Assembly (NCBI GenBank): GCA_018897295.1
Contig: JAHILA010000009.1
Location: 3,154-67,153 of the forward strand
Direction: 5' to 3'
Length of the DNA stretch: 64,000 nucleotides
From: Patescibacteria group bacterium
GTDB taxonomy: Bacteria > Patescibacteriota > Minisyncoccia > RBG-13-40-8-A
A program made the translations under genes and the position numbers. Numbering within the stretch: position 1 is the stretch's first letter; the number at the start of each line of letters is the position of its first letter. Below are positions 27,333 through 37,117 of this stretch, one piece after another. Under the pieces are notes generated by a model that was given only the letters and a program-made list of their open reading frames with translations, did no database searches and was not told where the DNA came from.

Positions 27333-27470
27333 CGGTAGGGGTCTTATATTACTATCTTAGCATAAAGTATGATATTTTGCGAGTGTCTCATTTCTTCAGC
27401 TTTAAAGCTAAAATAAGACGAATGAGACACTACTTGAGGTTGTTTTGAGTGTCTCATTTAAAAAGAGTTT
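27333..27470 (+). promoter_or_regulatory. Promoter (TTGACC-N17-TATATT) plus structured leader or sRNA with a three-copy repeat AGTGTCTCATT
   Basis: Copies lie at 27383 and 27449 (direct) and at 27423 (inverted, forming a 12-bp stem). A perfect palindrome AGCTTTAAAGCT sits in the loop. A T-rich tract follows. Confidence 0.35.
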
Positions 27471-28338
27471 TAACAATATTTTCGTCATGAATATTCTGTG
27501 TTGCTCGGAAAAGTTTATCAAAATCCGATACAGCAATAGCCTTATAGATTTTTCTTATATCAATATCCTTCCAAATATCCGATTGGAGAATCTGCCAATT
27601 GGTCTCATCTATAAAATCTCTTTTAATAAAAGGGTAATAGATAAAAAGAATATTGAAATCGCCAACAGAAAATTTTTCCTTCGCTCCCTCGGCTAGATTT
27701 TTTATCCTATTTAGCAACCAATTCTCGTCATCTCCAGAATAAGAATTATCCATAAAAACTTTTCTAGAATCTTTTATACTACTATTAAAATATACGATAT
27801 CAAATTTATAAGAATAAAATTCTGATTGCGTATCATGTTCGAGTTTCTGCTTTAAACAATTTACTACATCTTGATATAATTGATTTTGAATTGAATTATC
27901 GTCTAATAATTTTACCATAATATCTCTTTGTTCATTTACTTTGCTCTGAGAACCAACACTGTATTTTATAAATATTTGAAAGTTCAACTTTCTCCACTGA
28001 GAAAAATTTTTATCCAAATAATCTGCTAAATTGACTATGATCTCTTGTTCTTTGAAATTCTCCTTATCAAAACTCTTTATCTCAATATATTTATCAGTAT
28101 CAACTTTAATATCGGGATTCTTGTCTTTAAGAATTTCTACAGAATGCTTGCCATGGAATAAATATTCCACAATTTTCAGTTCTATCCAAATTCTATATTT
28201 ATTATCTAAACTTCCATGTTCGAAATCTTTCTTCTTTCCTATAATGCCTGCGATCTTAGTTTGCGCCAAAAAATCTATAATATCACGAGCTTGACGCTCC
28301 ATGTCTTCCCAAGACGCAAAATGTAATTTTTTAACCAT
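27454..28338 (-). CDS. Hypothetical protein (defense-island context)
   Basis: ORF only. No recognisable motif. Confidence 0.4.
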   Translation of the reverse strand: MVKKLHFASWEDMERQARDIIDFLAQTKIAGIIGKKKDFEHGSLDNKYRIWIELKIVEYLFHGKHSVEILKDKNPDIKVDTDKYIEIKSFDKENFKEQEIIVNLADYLDKNFSQWRKLNFQIFIKYSVGSQSKVNEQRDIMVKLLDDNSIQNQLYQDVVNCLKQKLEHDTQSEFYSYKFDIVYFNSSIKDSRKVFMDNSYSGDDENWLLNRIKNLAEGAKEKFSVGDFNILFIYYPFIKRDFIDETNWQILQSDIWKDIDIRKIYKAIAVSDFDKLFRATQNIHDENIVKTLFK

Positions 28339-28344
28339 AACTTT

Positions 28345-29082
28345 TTAGGAATTAACATTTAGTCCTTTGCCAAAAACGGCAGCCCATATTCCCCATTTTC
28401 CCCATATGGTAATGTGATATAACATTGAACCATAAATATCCTTAGCATACCGGACAATAAATCCTGGGCCTCGATTAGTCCTAACTCCATTTTTTTCCAG
28501 TATATTATTCAATTCCGATAATTCCAACTCAACGGCTTCTATTGAATCCGGAAGATGAATGATTTCAATATTTCTATCGGTATTAATGAGTTGACCCATT
28601 AATTTGAATTCCAATCCTCTAATCATTTTCTCGGTAATTGGATCTAATAACTCCGGTATTCTAATATTAACCAATAAAGATCTATCAAAAGTATTATCGG
28701 GACCAAAATTTTTTAGAAGACCACTGGGCATTTTATTAGTATATATTAAATCGGGAATAATTTTCTTAATATTGGCTTCTTTACGTTTTCTGTCTTTCTC
28801 ATTCGTCGCAGACGAAAGATCATATAAACGAATAGCTTTTTTTAAGACACCCAATGAAGCAATATTATTGCTATCTGTGCATATAGCCATTTTTTTATAT
28901 GTCTCTTCTTCGATTTTGCCCAACTCTTTATTGCATCTAAGGCAGGCAGGGGCAACCCATTTCTCCATGTCTTGAGGCGTTGAATCTGGATACCATGATT
29001 TAGGAAAAATATGGTCTTCCGTAAGTTCTTCAAAATATTTTAAACAATGAACACAATATTGATTGGTAAATTTTTTAGACAT
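28345..29082 (-). CDS. HNH endonuclease domain protein
   Basis: CVHCLKYF...EDHIFPKSW...APACLRCNKELG (CxxC...DH..P...CxxCN). Confidence 0.6.
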   Translation of the reverse strand: MSKKFTNQYCVHCLKYFEELTEDHIFPKSWYPDSTPQDMEKWVAPACLRCNKELGKIEEETYKKMAICTDSNNIASLGVLKKAIRLYDLSSATNEKDRKRKEANIKKIIPDLIYTNKMPSGLLKNFGPDNTFDRSLLVNIRIPELLDPITEKMIRGLEFKLMGQLINTDRNIEIIHLPDSIEAVELELSELNNILEKNGVRTNRGPGFIVRYAKDIYGSMLYHITIWGKWGIWAAVFGKGLNVNS

Positions 29083-29097
29083 TTAAATCTTTTTAAA

Positions 29098-30183
29098 CTA
29101 ACTTTTTATTAATTTCATCAAATCCTCATCGTTCTCATGGCCCTTCAATCTCCCAGTTAAAATTCCTAATCGATAATTTATTCCCTCGTTCATTAATCGC
29201 CAGTTAGTATTTTCGAGGGTTTGCTTTAAAAGTTTTTTAAGTTGAGACCGACTATCATATTCTTGACGGTCTTCTTTGTCATCTTGAACAGTAAATCTAA
29301 CAACTACATCTCGGTTAATTTCTGGTTTAGAGAACTCCCATTTACTATAACCTTCCTTTTCTGATTTTGGAGTTAAAAGCTTCTTAAGTCCAGCAACTGA
29401 AAGCTTTTTGATTTTAGCAATAACTTTAGTTATTTTTTCTTTTTCTTTTATCCCTTCTATTGTTTCCATAAGATGCTTTAATTTCATCTCGGATCCAATA
29501 TATTCTTGGCCTTTTTCTCCTGATAAACAAAATCTTCTACGATCTCTTTCGAAATTCTTATCTATTTTTTCCTTTGGAGAATTAAGGTCAAGTATTTCTC
29601 TACCTTTATGACCGCATTTTTTACAGGCGTAGGTAGTGATAATTCTATCTTCTTTCCGAGTATCGTTTGTCTTAACTTCACTTGAGCATTTTTCGCAAAT
29701 ATGCGGTTTGGGCTTCCATTCTTCTCCATCTTCGAATACTGCCCGCCTTGGTTTACATTCATTCGGACATTCAAAGAAAAATAGGATTCGTTCTTCTCCC
29801 TTAAGTTCATAGCCGTGAAAATCCTTTAATGTTGCCGTCATTTCCGAGCCACATTTTTTGCAGAAAATATCTATTGGCGTGACTGCGTTTTCTAATTTCT
29901 TATCTTTTGCTTTATCTCGCTCCATCCATTCTCTTATTGTTTGCGATTTTTTAGAATAACGCTCTCCCTTAACAAAATACAGCATAGTTGGAACAACGAC
30001 TCTTACTGTAAATTCTTTTTTAATTTTATCCTTTTTAGATTTATCGGTCTCTATCGAGATTTTATCTCCTGATATTCCTCGTTTTTCTAAACGCCTGCAT
30101 TCTTCAATAGTTAAGCGATCATAAAGATCGCTATAATAGGATGTGGACTTCAGGTATTTATATGCCGTTTTCATTTCAGACAT
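29098..30183 (-). CDS. Multi-zinc-ribbon hypothetical protein
   Basis: At least four CxxC pairs (CKKCG, CPNEC, CEKCS, CKKCG). Confidence 0.45.
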   Translation of the reverse strand: MSEMKTAYKYLKSTSYYSDLYDRLTIEECRRLEKRGISGDKISIETDKSKKDKIKKEFTVRVVVPTMLYFVKGERYSKKSQTIREWMERDKAKDKKLENAVTPIDIFCKKCGSEMTATLKDFHGYELKGEERILFFFECPNECKPRRAVFEDGEEWKPKPHICEKCSSEVKTNDTRKEDRIITTYACKKCGHKGREILDLNSPKEKIDKNFERDRRRFCLSGEKGQEYIGSEMKLKHLMETIEGIKEKEKITKVIAKIKKLSVAGLKKLLTPKSEKEGYSKWEFSKPEINRDVVVRFTVQDDKEDRQEYDSRSQLKKLLKQTLENTNWRLMNEGINYRLGILTGRLKGHENDEDLMKLIKS

Positions 30184-30185
30184 TT

Positions 30186-30365
30186 ATTGTTCTCTTTCGT
30201 AGTACGGACATTTTTCACAGAGCAACTCACCAAGTTGATTACCGATCATTGGATGGGTGCATCGTGAAGTTTTAACCGCATCGGTAAGTCCAGCTATACT
30301 TTCATTTGATGCCCTACTTTTAATCACTTCTTTTTTATAATACTTACAGTCGGTTTTTTCCATAA
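30186..30365 (-). CDS. Small (~59 aa) zinc-finger protein, not in the ORF track, translationally coupled to the downstream gene
   Basis: ATG at 30365. CKYY...CTHP...CEKCP. Its TAA stop directly abuts the ATG of the 29098-30183 gene (TAAATG). Confidence 0.4.
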
Positions 30366-30416
30366 TGTTTTTTATTTTTTATTAATTTTTACCATTATTT
30401 TTTAGTTTTTATAGAC

Positions 30417-30878
30417 TTATTTCCCCACCATAATAGTAAGTGTTGATTCATTTTGGAATTTCTCGTCTACGCCAACAAATAATAATTTTTCCTTATTTTT
30501 AAAAAACATTATATTCTTCTCGGTGTAATTAGTCTCCCAACCGAATCTCGATAAATTTTCTTTGTAGAATCTTATTACTTCTTCTTGTGGTAAATTAACT
30601 TCGTAGCTAAAACTTTCGTCTTGCTGGGCCGTGGTAGAAGTCTCTGGTTGGTAAGGAGAATATTCTTTAAGAATTGCTCCTGTTGGTAAAGGTATATTTT
30701 TATGTTTTTCAACAAATGTATCTATTGTTTCAATCTGTTCAGAGGTTTCGGAAGATATTTGTTCCGGTTGTGCTATTTCTGCTTCTTTCTTTTGGCCATC
30801 CGTACTAACAATAACAATAATAACGATAATTAAAAGAATTACTCCGCCTACAATATAAGGTATTTTTTTCTTACTCAT
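30417..30878 (-). CDS. Membrane-anchored hypothetical protein
   Basis: N-terminal TM helix. 153 aa. Confidence 0.4.
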   Translation of the reverse strand: MSKKKIPYIVGGVILLIIVIIVIVSTDGQKKEAEIAQPEQISSETSEQIETIDTFVEKHKNIPLPTGAILKEYSPYQPETSTTAQQDESFSYEVNLPQEEVIRFYKENLSRFGWETNYTEKNIMFFKNKEKLLFVGVDEKFQNESTLTIMVGK

Positions 30879-30909
30879 ATTTTTCTATTAATTTTTATCT
30901 AACCAAAAT

Positions 30910-31731
30910 CTACGGACAATTTAGGGCTTTTCGCCAACCGGCATTTAGGGCTTCTTGTTCTGAACAAAACCATTTTTCACCTCGAGCTTCATCTATTTTG
31001 GTTACATTATAAGAACTACATCCAGGCAAATGATATATCTTTTCTCCGGATGAGCTTATATTCCCTTTAATTAGACAGGAACTACTGGCTGGTTCTTCTT
31101 TTTGTTCTGCTGGTGGTAATACAGATTCTTCTTGTTCAGTAGTCGTTGGACATGCGTTCCATAATCCTCGTTTAGCTTCTCGGGCTTCCTGTTGGGCTTT
31201 TACGAATTGATCTTGATATTTTATATCTGGCGGATAAGAATACGAATAAGCAAAACCTTGTTTTACCAATTCGAGATTTATAAAAGCATCGCCAACCCAA
31301 ACATATCTTAAAAGCCGATCATATTTATCCCTATCTGTGATGTCTTTTTCTAAACGAATTTCTTTACCTTCAACTAATTCTTTGTTCTTGTTGGAAGCCT
31401 CTACTCCAAAGCATTGAACTGGTTTTCGGGGATCAACTGTTTCTGGCGTATCAATTCCAATATATCGAATTCTTTCTCCGCCCTCGATTTCAATAGTATC
31501 GCCATCAATAACCCGCGTAATCTTAAATAGACCAGTATTACTCTTATCCTGAACAGGTATATCTGTTATAGAAGAAGTTTGGGATTCAGCTTGAGGTTGA
31601 TTTTGAGATTCAATTTGAGATAAATTAGATTGATTATTTTTTGATCCAGAACCAATTGCAATTCCAATAAACAATATCAAAATAGCACCTACTATAATTA
31701 ATATTGTTTTCTTTTTACCAATAAACTTCAT
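30910..31731 (-). CDS. Secreted/anchored thermonuclease (staphylococcal nuclease fold) with C-terminal Cys-rich domain
   Basis: SNase block DGDTIEIEGGERIRYIGIDTPE...YDRLLRYVW. N-terminal TM helix. C-terminal H-PGC..Y...WFC...C module. Confidence 0.7.
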   Translation of the reverse strand: MKFIGKKKTILIIVGAILILFIGIAIGSGSKNNQSNLSQIESQNQPQAESQTSSITDIPVQDKSNTGLFKITRVIDGDTIEIEGGERIRYIGIDTPETVDPRKPVQCFGVEASNKNKELVEGKEIRLEKDITDRDKYDRLLRYVWVGDAFINLELVKQGFAYSYSYPPDIKYQDQFVKAQQEAREAKRGLWNACPTTTEQEESVLPPAEQKEEPASSSCLIKGNISSSGEKIYHLPGCSSYNVTKIDEARGEKWFCSEQEALNAGWRKALNCP

Positions 31732-31735
31732 AAAT

Positions 31736-32782
31736 TCATTTTTTAATTAAAATTTTGCGTCTTTGCCATGCGGGTTCCATGTATCTATTCTTCTTCGCCC
31801 AATCTTTTAAATATTTGATTCGATTTTGTATTCTCTTTTTTTCATTTCCCCGCATTTTTTTTAAAAGATTTTTTTCATTTTCAAACCACTTCTTAAAACC
31901 AGGACCCTTGATCATTTCTTTATCAAGATCAATAACCTGTTTTTCAATCTTTTCTTTTGTCATGTCCGGCAACCTTTTAATGTCCTTCATAATTTTTTTA
32001 ACATGCTGATCATTTTTTGCTATTGACTCCAGCACAGCAAATACTTTCTTGCCTATAATATCTTTGAACCTCTCGATTTGAAACCGATCCAATCCTCCAA
32101 ACGACGGGGTATCGATGCCAAATTTTCTAAAATAATCAAATTTAATAACCCCAAGCGGATATTTAATCAAATGCAACACAGATAATACTTTAACGATTTC
32201 TTCAAATGTGGAAAACCACATATTAAATCCCCCAACTTCGAACGTCTGACAATTTGATTTAAATAATCCGATCTCATTGGAATAGCTATGTCCTTTCGAA
32301 TGGGCAAAGTTATGTAAAAATCCTAATTTTAAAATTCTGCTTTTCAAATCATGTTTTTTTTGAAATGCTTGAATATTTTTATATTGCTCTAATTTGCCCC
32401 AAATTTCTCTGTTGCGAGGAGTATCCTTGTCTGACCGTAGCCATTCTTTAATGATTATATGCCCATCGTCGTTCAAGTTCCAATAAACAGACAACAGTCC
32501 CAATTCTAAGCTAACTCTCAAGGAAACCATCGCTTGCTTATAAAGCCCAAACAGACAAAGATTAAAGGAAATCTGTAATTCTTCCCATGAGTCTTTCCAT
32601 GGAAAAATGTGACCCGACCAAAAGCTGTCTATTGTTTCTGGAATCACTGACTCAATATCATAATATGCCCAAAACAATTTAGAAATTTTCTCTTTTAAAT
32701 CTTTTTTTTCAATAAAACTTACAGATTCTTTATAAACCTGAATACTTTTCTCGCACTTATATGTTAAGGGTGAGATATCCAT
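31736..32782 (-). CDS. Hypothetical protein
   Basis: ORF only. Confidence 0.4.
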   Translation of the reverse strand: MDISPLTYKCEKSIQVYKESVSFIEKKDLKEKISKLFWAYYDIESVIPETIDSFWSGHIFPWKDSWEELQISFNLCLFGLYKQAMVSLRVSLELGLLSVYWNLNDDGHIIIKEWLRSDKDTPRNREIWGKLEQYKNIQAFQKKHDLKSRILKLGFLHNFAHSKGHSYSNEIGLFKSNCQTFEVGGFNMWFSTFEEIVKVLSVLHLIKYPLGVIKFDYFRKFGIDTPSFGGLDRFQIERFKDIIGKKVFAVLESIAKNDQHVKKIMKDIKRLPDMTKEKIEKQVIDLDKEMIKGPGFKKWFENEKNLLKKMRGNEKKRIQNRIKYLKDWAKKNRYMEPAWQRRKILIKK

Positions 32783-32794
32783 AGATAAGGTCTT

Positions 32795-33130
32795 TTAGAA
32801 GATAAGATGACCCGCGATTAATCCAATTGCAGCTACCATAATGTTTATCAGGATATTTATATAAAATGACTTTTTGTCTCGTTTATCAAGATATTCTTTC
32901 ATTTTTGGCATTGAAAAATCTAATTCTGATACCAATTTTTTCACATTGTCATCATCAATTGCTATCTCGGAATTATAGACATCTCTCAATCTATTTAAAT
33001 TTTCTTGTAATTCAGAAATGTTTTCTGAATTCGCAATCTTTTCTAGTGCTTCAAATGCTTCTTTTCTTTCTCTTTCCCACTCTTCTTGTAGGTGCATTTC
33101 ATATTGTACATCTTCTATTGTTGTTCCCAT
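32795..33130 (-). CDS. Hypothetical protein with C-terminal TM helix
   Basis: ORF with a hydrophobic C-terminus. Confidence 0.35.
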   Translation of the reverse strand: MGTTIEDVQYEMHLQEEWERERKEAFEALEKIANSENISELQENLNRLRDVYNSEIAIDDDNVKKLVSELDFSMPKMKEYLDKRDKKSFYINILINIMVAAIGLIAGHLIF

Positions 33131-33133
33131 ATG

Positions 33134-34039
33134 CTATTTTACAAACTTTTCGTGATTTTGCTCACGATAGTTTTTACATTTACATCTCTTGACCTTACAT
33201 TTTTTAACATAATCATCTAAATTACTCCCTGCTTTTTTCATTTTATTCGTATTGACATGACTCACTTTCTCATGGCCGCAAATACATTTCCGAAAAAGTC
33301 CTTTTCTTTCTGCCCATTTTGTAATTTCCTTTACAGATGTAAATCCTGGGGGAATCCTTGTTTTTTCTTCACGTATTTCTATCTCGTCACTAACTTCATC
33401 GGATATTCTTTCTCTCTCGGCCCGCTCAGAAAATATTTTAGTGTCTTGAATCAACTTTGATCCTAAAATTTGCTTTAATTTTTCAGGATCTTTGGTATCA
33501 ACCTTTCTCAAAATGTCTTTGTGAACTGCTTTTTTATCTTCCTCTGTCACTTTTCTGGCTATAGTCATCCCAACACCTTTTTGTATCTGTTCCGATTCCA
33601 ATCCATATACTATATTCCATAATCTTTGGAATACAAGCTCATATCTATCTAAAACCAATCCCAGATGAGCATATTCAATTTCGCTTATAAGAAATCTGTG
33701 GATGACTTTGTTTCTAAAATCGTAAAGTGCGTTAATATCGTCAAAAATATCTTTTTCTAAAATTGCTTTCTCAAATGCATATTTATAAATATCCCTTTCG
33801 GAGTAGTAATCTCTATCATCATCTTGATGTATATACTTTACATCAAAATCAGAAGATCGATTCTTAATTTGTTGTTTAAGTACAAGCGCTATGCGACAAA
33901 ACCCATCTATGAGCGTAGCGTATAAAACCAAGGCTTCAATCAAAAACTCCTGTTTATGTGATCTTTGCAACAACATCCTTGCTGCACCAACGCCATTTAT
34001 AAAATTTTCTAGTTTTTCAAAATCTGTTTTGTCACTCAT
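33134..34039 (-). CDS. Hypothetical protein with HEPN-like R-x4-H motif (possible abortive-infection/defense protein)
   Basis: FRNKVIHRF motif. C-terminal Cys cluster CICGH...CKVKRCKCK. Confidence 0.35.
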   Translation of the reverse strand: MSDKTDFEKLENFINGVGAARMLLQRSHKQEFLIEALVLYATLIDGFCRIALVLKQQIKNRSSDFDVKYIHQDDDRDYYSERDIYKYAFEKAILEKDIFDDINALYDFRNKVIHRFLISEIEYAHLGLVLDRYELVFQRLWNIVYGLESEQIQKGVGMTIARKVTEEDKKAVHKDILRKVDTKDPEKLKQILGSKLIQDTKIFSERAERERISDEVSDEIEIREEKTRIPPGFTSVKEITKWAERKGLFRKCICGHEKVSHVNTNKMKKAGSNLDDYVKKCKVKRCKCKNYREQNHEKFVK

Positions 34040-34167
34040 ATATTTTCTAAAACTTCTCCGATTTTCGTTTCTATCAGCTCAATTGGGCAGCGATTGACGG
34101 TGATGATTTCTTCTTCCTTTTTCGCTTCAGCGACGAACTGTTTTTGAATTCCAAATGGCATAAATAA

Positions 34168-36837
34168 TCATTTTGAATTCTCAATAATTTTAATCTCTTC
34201 CGGGGTTAAACCGTAAAGTTTATAAACCTTCTCATCAATAATTTTATCGGTTTTTTCGATTTCTGATTTAATTTTTTCCCATTTATCAGAATTTTTAGTT
34301 GTTTTTCGGAGTTCTTTATTCAGTAAAATCATTTTATCGGCCAGTTCAATAAAAGGTTTCTGTTGAATATGAGATAATATTTTAATTGGTAACTTATCTA
34401 AATTCCTTCTTTTTATATAGGGAAATACCTCAGGATTTGTTATAAAAAATTTATTATAAATATAAGTAAAAAGTTTTGAATTTAATAAGGATAGTAAATA
34501 CTCTTCTAAATATTTTTTATCTTTAACAATGATATTATATAATGATTGAATGGTAAAAAATTGATTTTTATCAATACACGCAACAAGATTGCTACCAGTT
34601 TTTCTTAAAAGAATTTTCTTTTTAGACAAATAAATGCTTTCTTTGTCATTACTATGAATTTTTGATTTATCAAAATTAACGAAATTACCACGATCAAAAT
34701 ATATCCAACTATCAATATCCTTACCGCTTAAAACGGGTTTACTGTTTTTAAAAATTGGGTTATTTGCAATCATTTCTTTTTGGCCACCAGTCATAATCCC
34801 AATATAGTTTAAGGCAATCTTTCCTAATTCAATAGAATCAATTCTCATTTTATTCAAAATTTGTTCAGCAATAATATTGCCTGGAAAATTAAAAACATAT
34901 TTTTCATTTTGCAAATAAATATCCTGACTTAAATGTTTTTGATTATTCTCGTTGAATAAATCGTCAAATAATATTAAATTCCCTTTATTGTTTTTATTCT
35001 TTTCAAAAACAAAAATAACGCTATCAACAATAACACCACCGAATACATTTGGAGGTAATTTATTAAATAATTTTATTTTAGTATTGTCTAACAAAAATTT
35101 TCTGATTTTCAAAGAATAGAAATTGGCCAAAAAATTCCAGGGCGTGATAAAAGCAATTAATCCATATTCTTTTGATATTTTTAATGCTTTTTCAATAAAT
35201 AAAACATATAAATCTAATTTGTCATAAGCGGATTCAAAATTTTCAATATAAAATTTCTTTACATTTTCAGAAATTTTTCCATATTTACTGGTAACATATG
35301 GCGGATTCCCAATAATTACATCAAACCCTCCTTGCTTAAAAACCTCAGGAAATTTCTCCTGCCAATTAAACGGATTTTTATCGCGAAAATTTTTGCCAAA
35401 ATATTTTTTCAACTCCTCGTCTGTGCCCGAAATTAGCGAATTACCATTTTCGATATTTCCACTAAGATTTGGTAATTTTGTTTGACTATCAAAGGTATTT
35501 AAAAGTAAATTTAATCGTGCTAATTCAACGGCCTGCTGATCTAAATCTACTCCATAAATATTATTCGTTAAAATTTGAATTTTTAATAATCCATTTGGCT
35601 TAACTCCAAATTCAACATATTTTTTAATCACAAGATTCATCGCTGCCACTAAAAACGAACCCGAACCACAAGCAGGATCTAAAATTTTTATCTTCTGCAA
35701 ATCGCTTATGCTCCTGCATTTATTTAATATTGGACCAAGAGCATTTTCAACAATATAATCCACAATAAATTTTGGAGTATAATATATTCCTTGCTCTTTA
35801 CGTTTTTTAAAATTTTTATCTAAATGTTCTTCTTTTTTAGACTTTTTTAATTGGTGACCAAGATAATTTTCATAAACATTACCTAAAACATCAGCTGGAA
35901 TAATAGAAAAATCATAATCATAATAATTTTTCTTACCATATAAAATATCAATCACTTTTTCTGTTGCTCCTCCAAATTCTTCCCATTTTTCAAAGGGATG
36001 TTCATCGAAAAGATTTGAATTATATATTATGTCTAGCTCTCTAAATTTTTTAATCATTGCTTGATAAGGAGTAATCCTTCCCGCTTTATCACTGGATTTC
36101 CATTCATGAATTAACGGCACTAAGGTTGGCGGTTCAATTTTTCTATCTTCGGCGCAACGAATAAAAATTAAACGATTAAGTAATTTTTGCACACCCTCAT
36201 CTATAAGATGTGAATCAATTCTTTTATCGTTCCACTGCAAAAATGCTGTAGTTAAAATTTCTCGACACTCATTTAAATCCTTAGATAATGTCTCAGTAAC
36301 TGATATTTTTTGTAATTTTTTACCAACCCTTTCAGCTTCTTTATCTAAAATATCATCATTAAATGCTTCTTTTGATAATCGCCACAATTCATCAAAGCGA
36401 TTAAGATATTCTTTATAAGTAAAAGATAGATATTTTTTACCCGCCAAAGATTTTTCTGGAGATAAGGCATTAAAGACGATTAAACTCTCAAAATCAGTAA
36501 GTATCGCCCAAGTAACGCCCTTATTCCAAGAATAGCGAATTGCTTGTTCCGCATAATCCTCACGATTCAGATCGGCAGATATTTTCTTGGCTTCCAAATA
36601 AAATTTTATTCTACCATTTAAATAGAAACCGTAATCAACACGATTACCAGAGATATGTTCCTCTAATGTTATTTCTTCTCTATTCGAAAAATCCCAGCCC
36701 AAAGTTTCAAACAATGGCTCAATAAATCCTCTTTTGGTTTCTTCTTCGGTGTATCGCAAAACTTTCTCGGTGATTTTTTCCGCTTCATATTTTGCGATAA
36801 GTTGCTTAATTTTTTCTTTTGCTTCTCGTTTAATCAT
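34168..36837 (-). CDS. Type IIG-like single-polypeptide restriction-modification enzyme (N-terminal PD-(D/E)xK nuclease fused to an N6-adenine DNA methyltransferase)
   Basis: N-terminus resembles Type I HsdR-N / MmeI nuclease (VDYGF...LEAKK). MTase motif I DPACGSGSFLVAA and motif IV IIGNPPY. 889 aa. Confidence 0.7.
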   Translation of the reverse strand: MIKREAKEKIKQLIAKYEAEKITEKVLRYTEEETKRGFIEPLFETLGWDFSNREEITLEEHISGNRVDYGFYLNGRIKFYLEAKKISADLNREDYAEQAIRYSWNKGVTWAILTDFESLIVFNALSPEKSLAGKKYLSFTYKEYLNRFDELWRLSKEAFNDDILDKEAERVGKKLQKISVTETLSKDLNECREILTTAFLQWNDKRIDSHLIDEGVQKLLNRLIFIRCAEDRKIEPPTLVPLIHEWKSSDKAGRITPYQAMIKKFRELDIIYNSNLFDEHPFEKWEEFGGATEKVIDILYGKKNYYDYDFSIIPADVLGNVYENYLGHQLKKSKKEEHLDKNFKKRKEQGIYYTPKFIVDYIVENALGPILNKCRSISDLQKIKILDPACGSGSFLVAAMNLVIKKYVEFGVKPNGLLKIQILTNNIYGVDLDQQAVELARLNLLLNTFDSQTKLPNLSGNIENGNSLISGTDEELKKYFGKNFRDKNPFNWQEKFPEVFKQGGFDVIIGNPPYVTSKYGKISENVKKFYIENFESAYDKLDLYVLFIEKALKISKEYGLIAFITPWNFLANFYSLKIRKFLLDNTKIKLFNKLPPNVFGGVIVDSVIFVFEKNKNNKGNLILFDDLFNENNQKHLSQDIYLQNEKYVFNFPGNIIAEQILNKMRIDSIELGKIALNYIGIMTGGQKEMIANNPIFKNSKPVLSGKDIDSWIYFDRGNFVNFDKSKIHSNDKESIYLSKKKILLRKTGSNLVACIDKNQFFTIQSLYNIIVKDKKYLEEYLLSLLNSKLFTYIYNKFFITNPEVFPYIKRRNLDKLPIKILSHIQQKPFIELADKMILLNKELRKTTKNSDKWEKIKSEIEKTDKIIDEKVYKLYGLTPEEIKIIENSK

Positions 36838-36975
36838 ATTTCGACTTCGCTCACTATAAATAATTCTCCTTCATCTTACCACATTTTGACCTTTAAGTAA
36901 ACTAGCAATTTTATAAAATTGCTTAAAAATATATGAATATAATAGCTGAAAAACAAAGAATTGTTTCTGGAAAAT

Positions 36976-37020
36976 TAGGGAAAATAAAAAGCATGAAATC
37001 GAAAGATTTCGTGCTTTTTT
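36976..37020. terminator. Bidirectional intrinsic terminator ending the minus-strand tRNA array
   Basis: 11-bp stem AGCATGAAATC-GAAA-GATTTCGTGCT flanked by A/T runs on both sides. Confidence 0.65.
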
Positions 37021-37043
37021 GGACGCCTTTCGGTCGCCCTAAG

Positions 37044-37117
37044 TGGTACCCCCACAAGGAATCGAACCTTGGTCAATTGCTTAAAAGGCAACTGCTTTAC
37101 CATTAAGCTATGGGGGC
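37044..37117 (-). tRNA. tRNA-Lys(UUU), CCA encoded
   Basis: GCCCCCATAGCTTAATGGTAAAGCAGTTGCCTTTTAAGCAATTGACCAAGGTTCGATTCCTTGTGGGGGTACCA. Confidence 0.85.

Noticed and set aside
27445-27696. Plus-strand ORF 27445-27696 (83 aa)
   Set aside because: It overlaps the 3' end of the minus-strand 27454-28338 gene and begins inside the repeat region. Its composition is typical of a spurious AT-rich frame.
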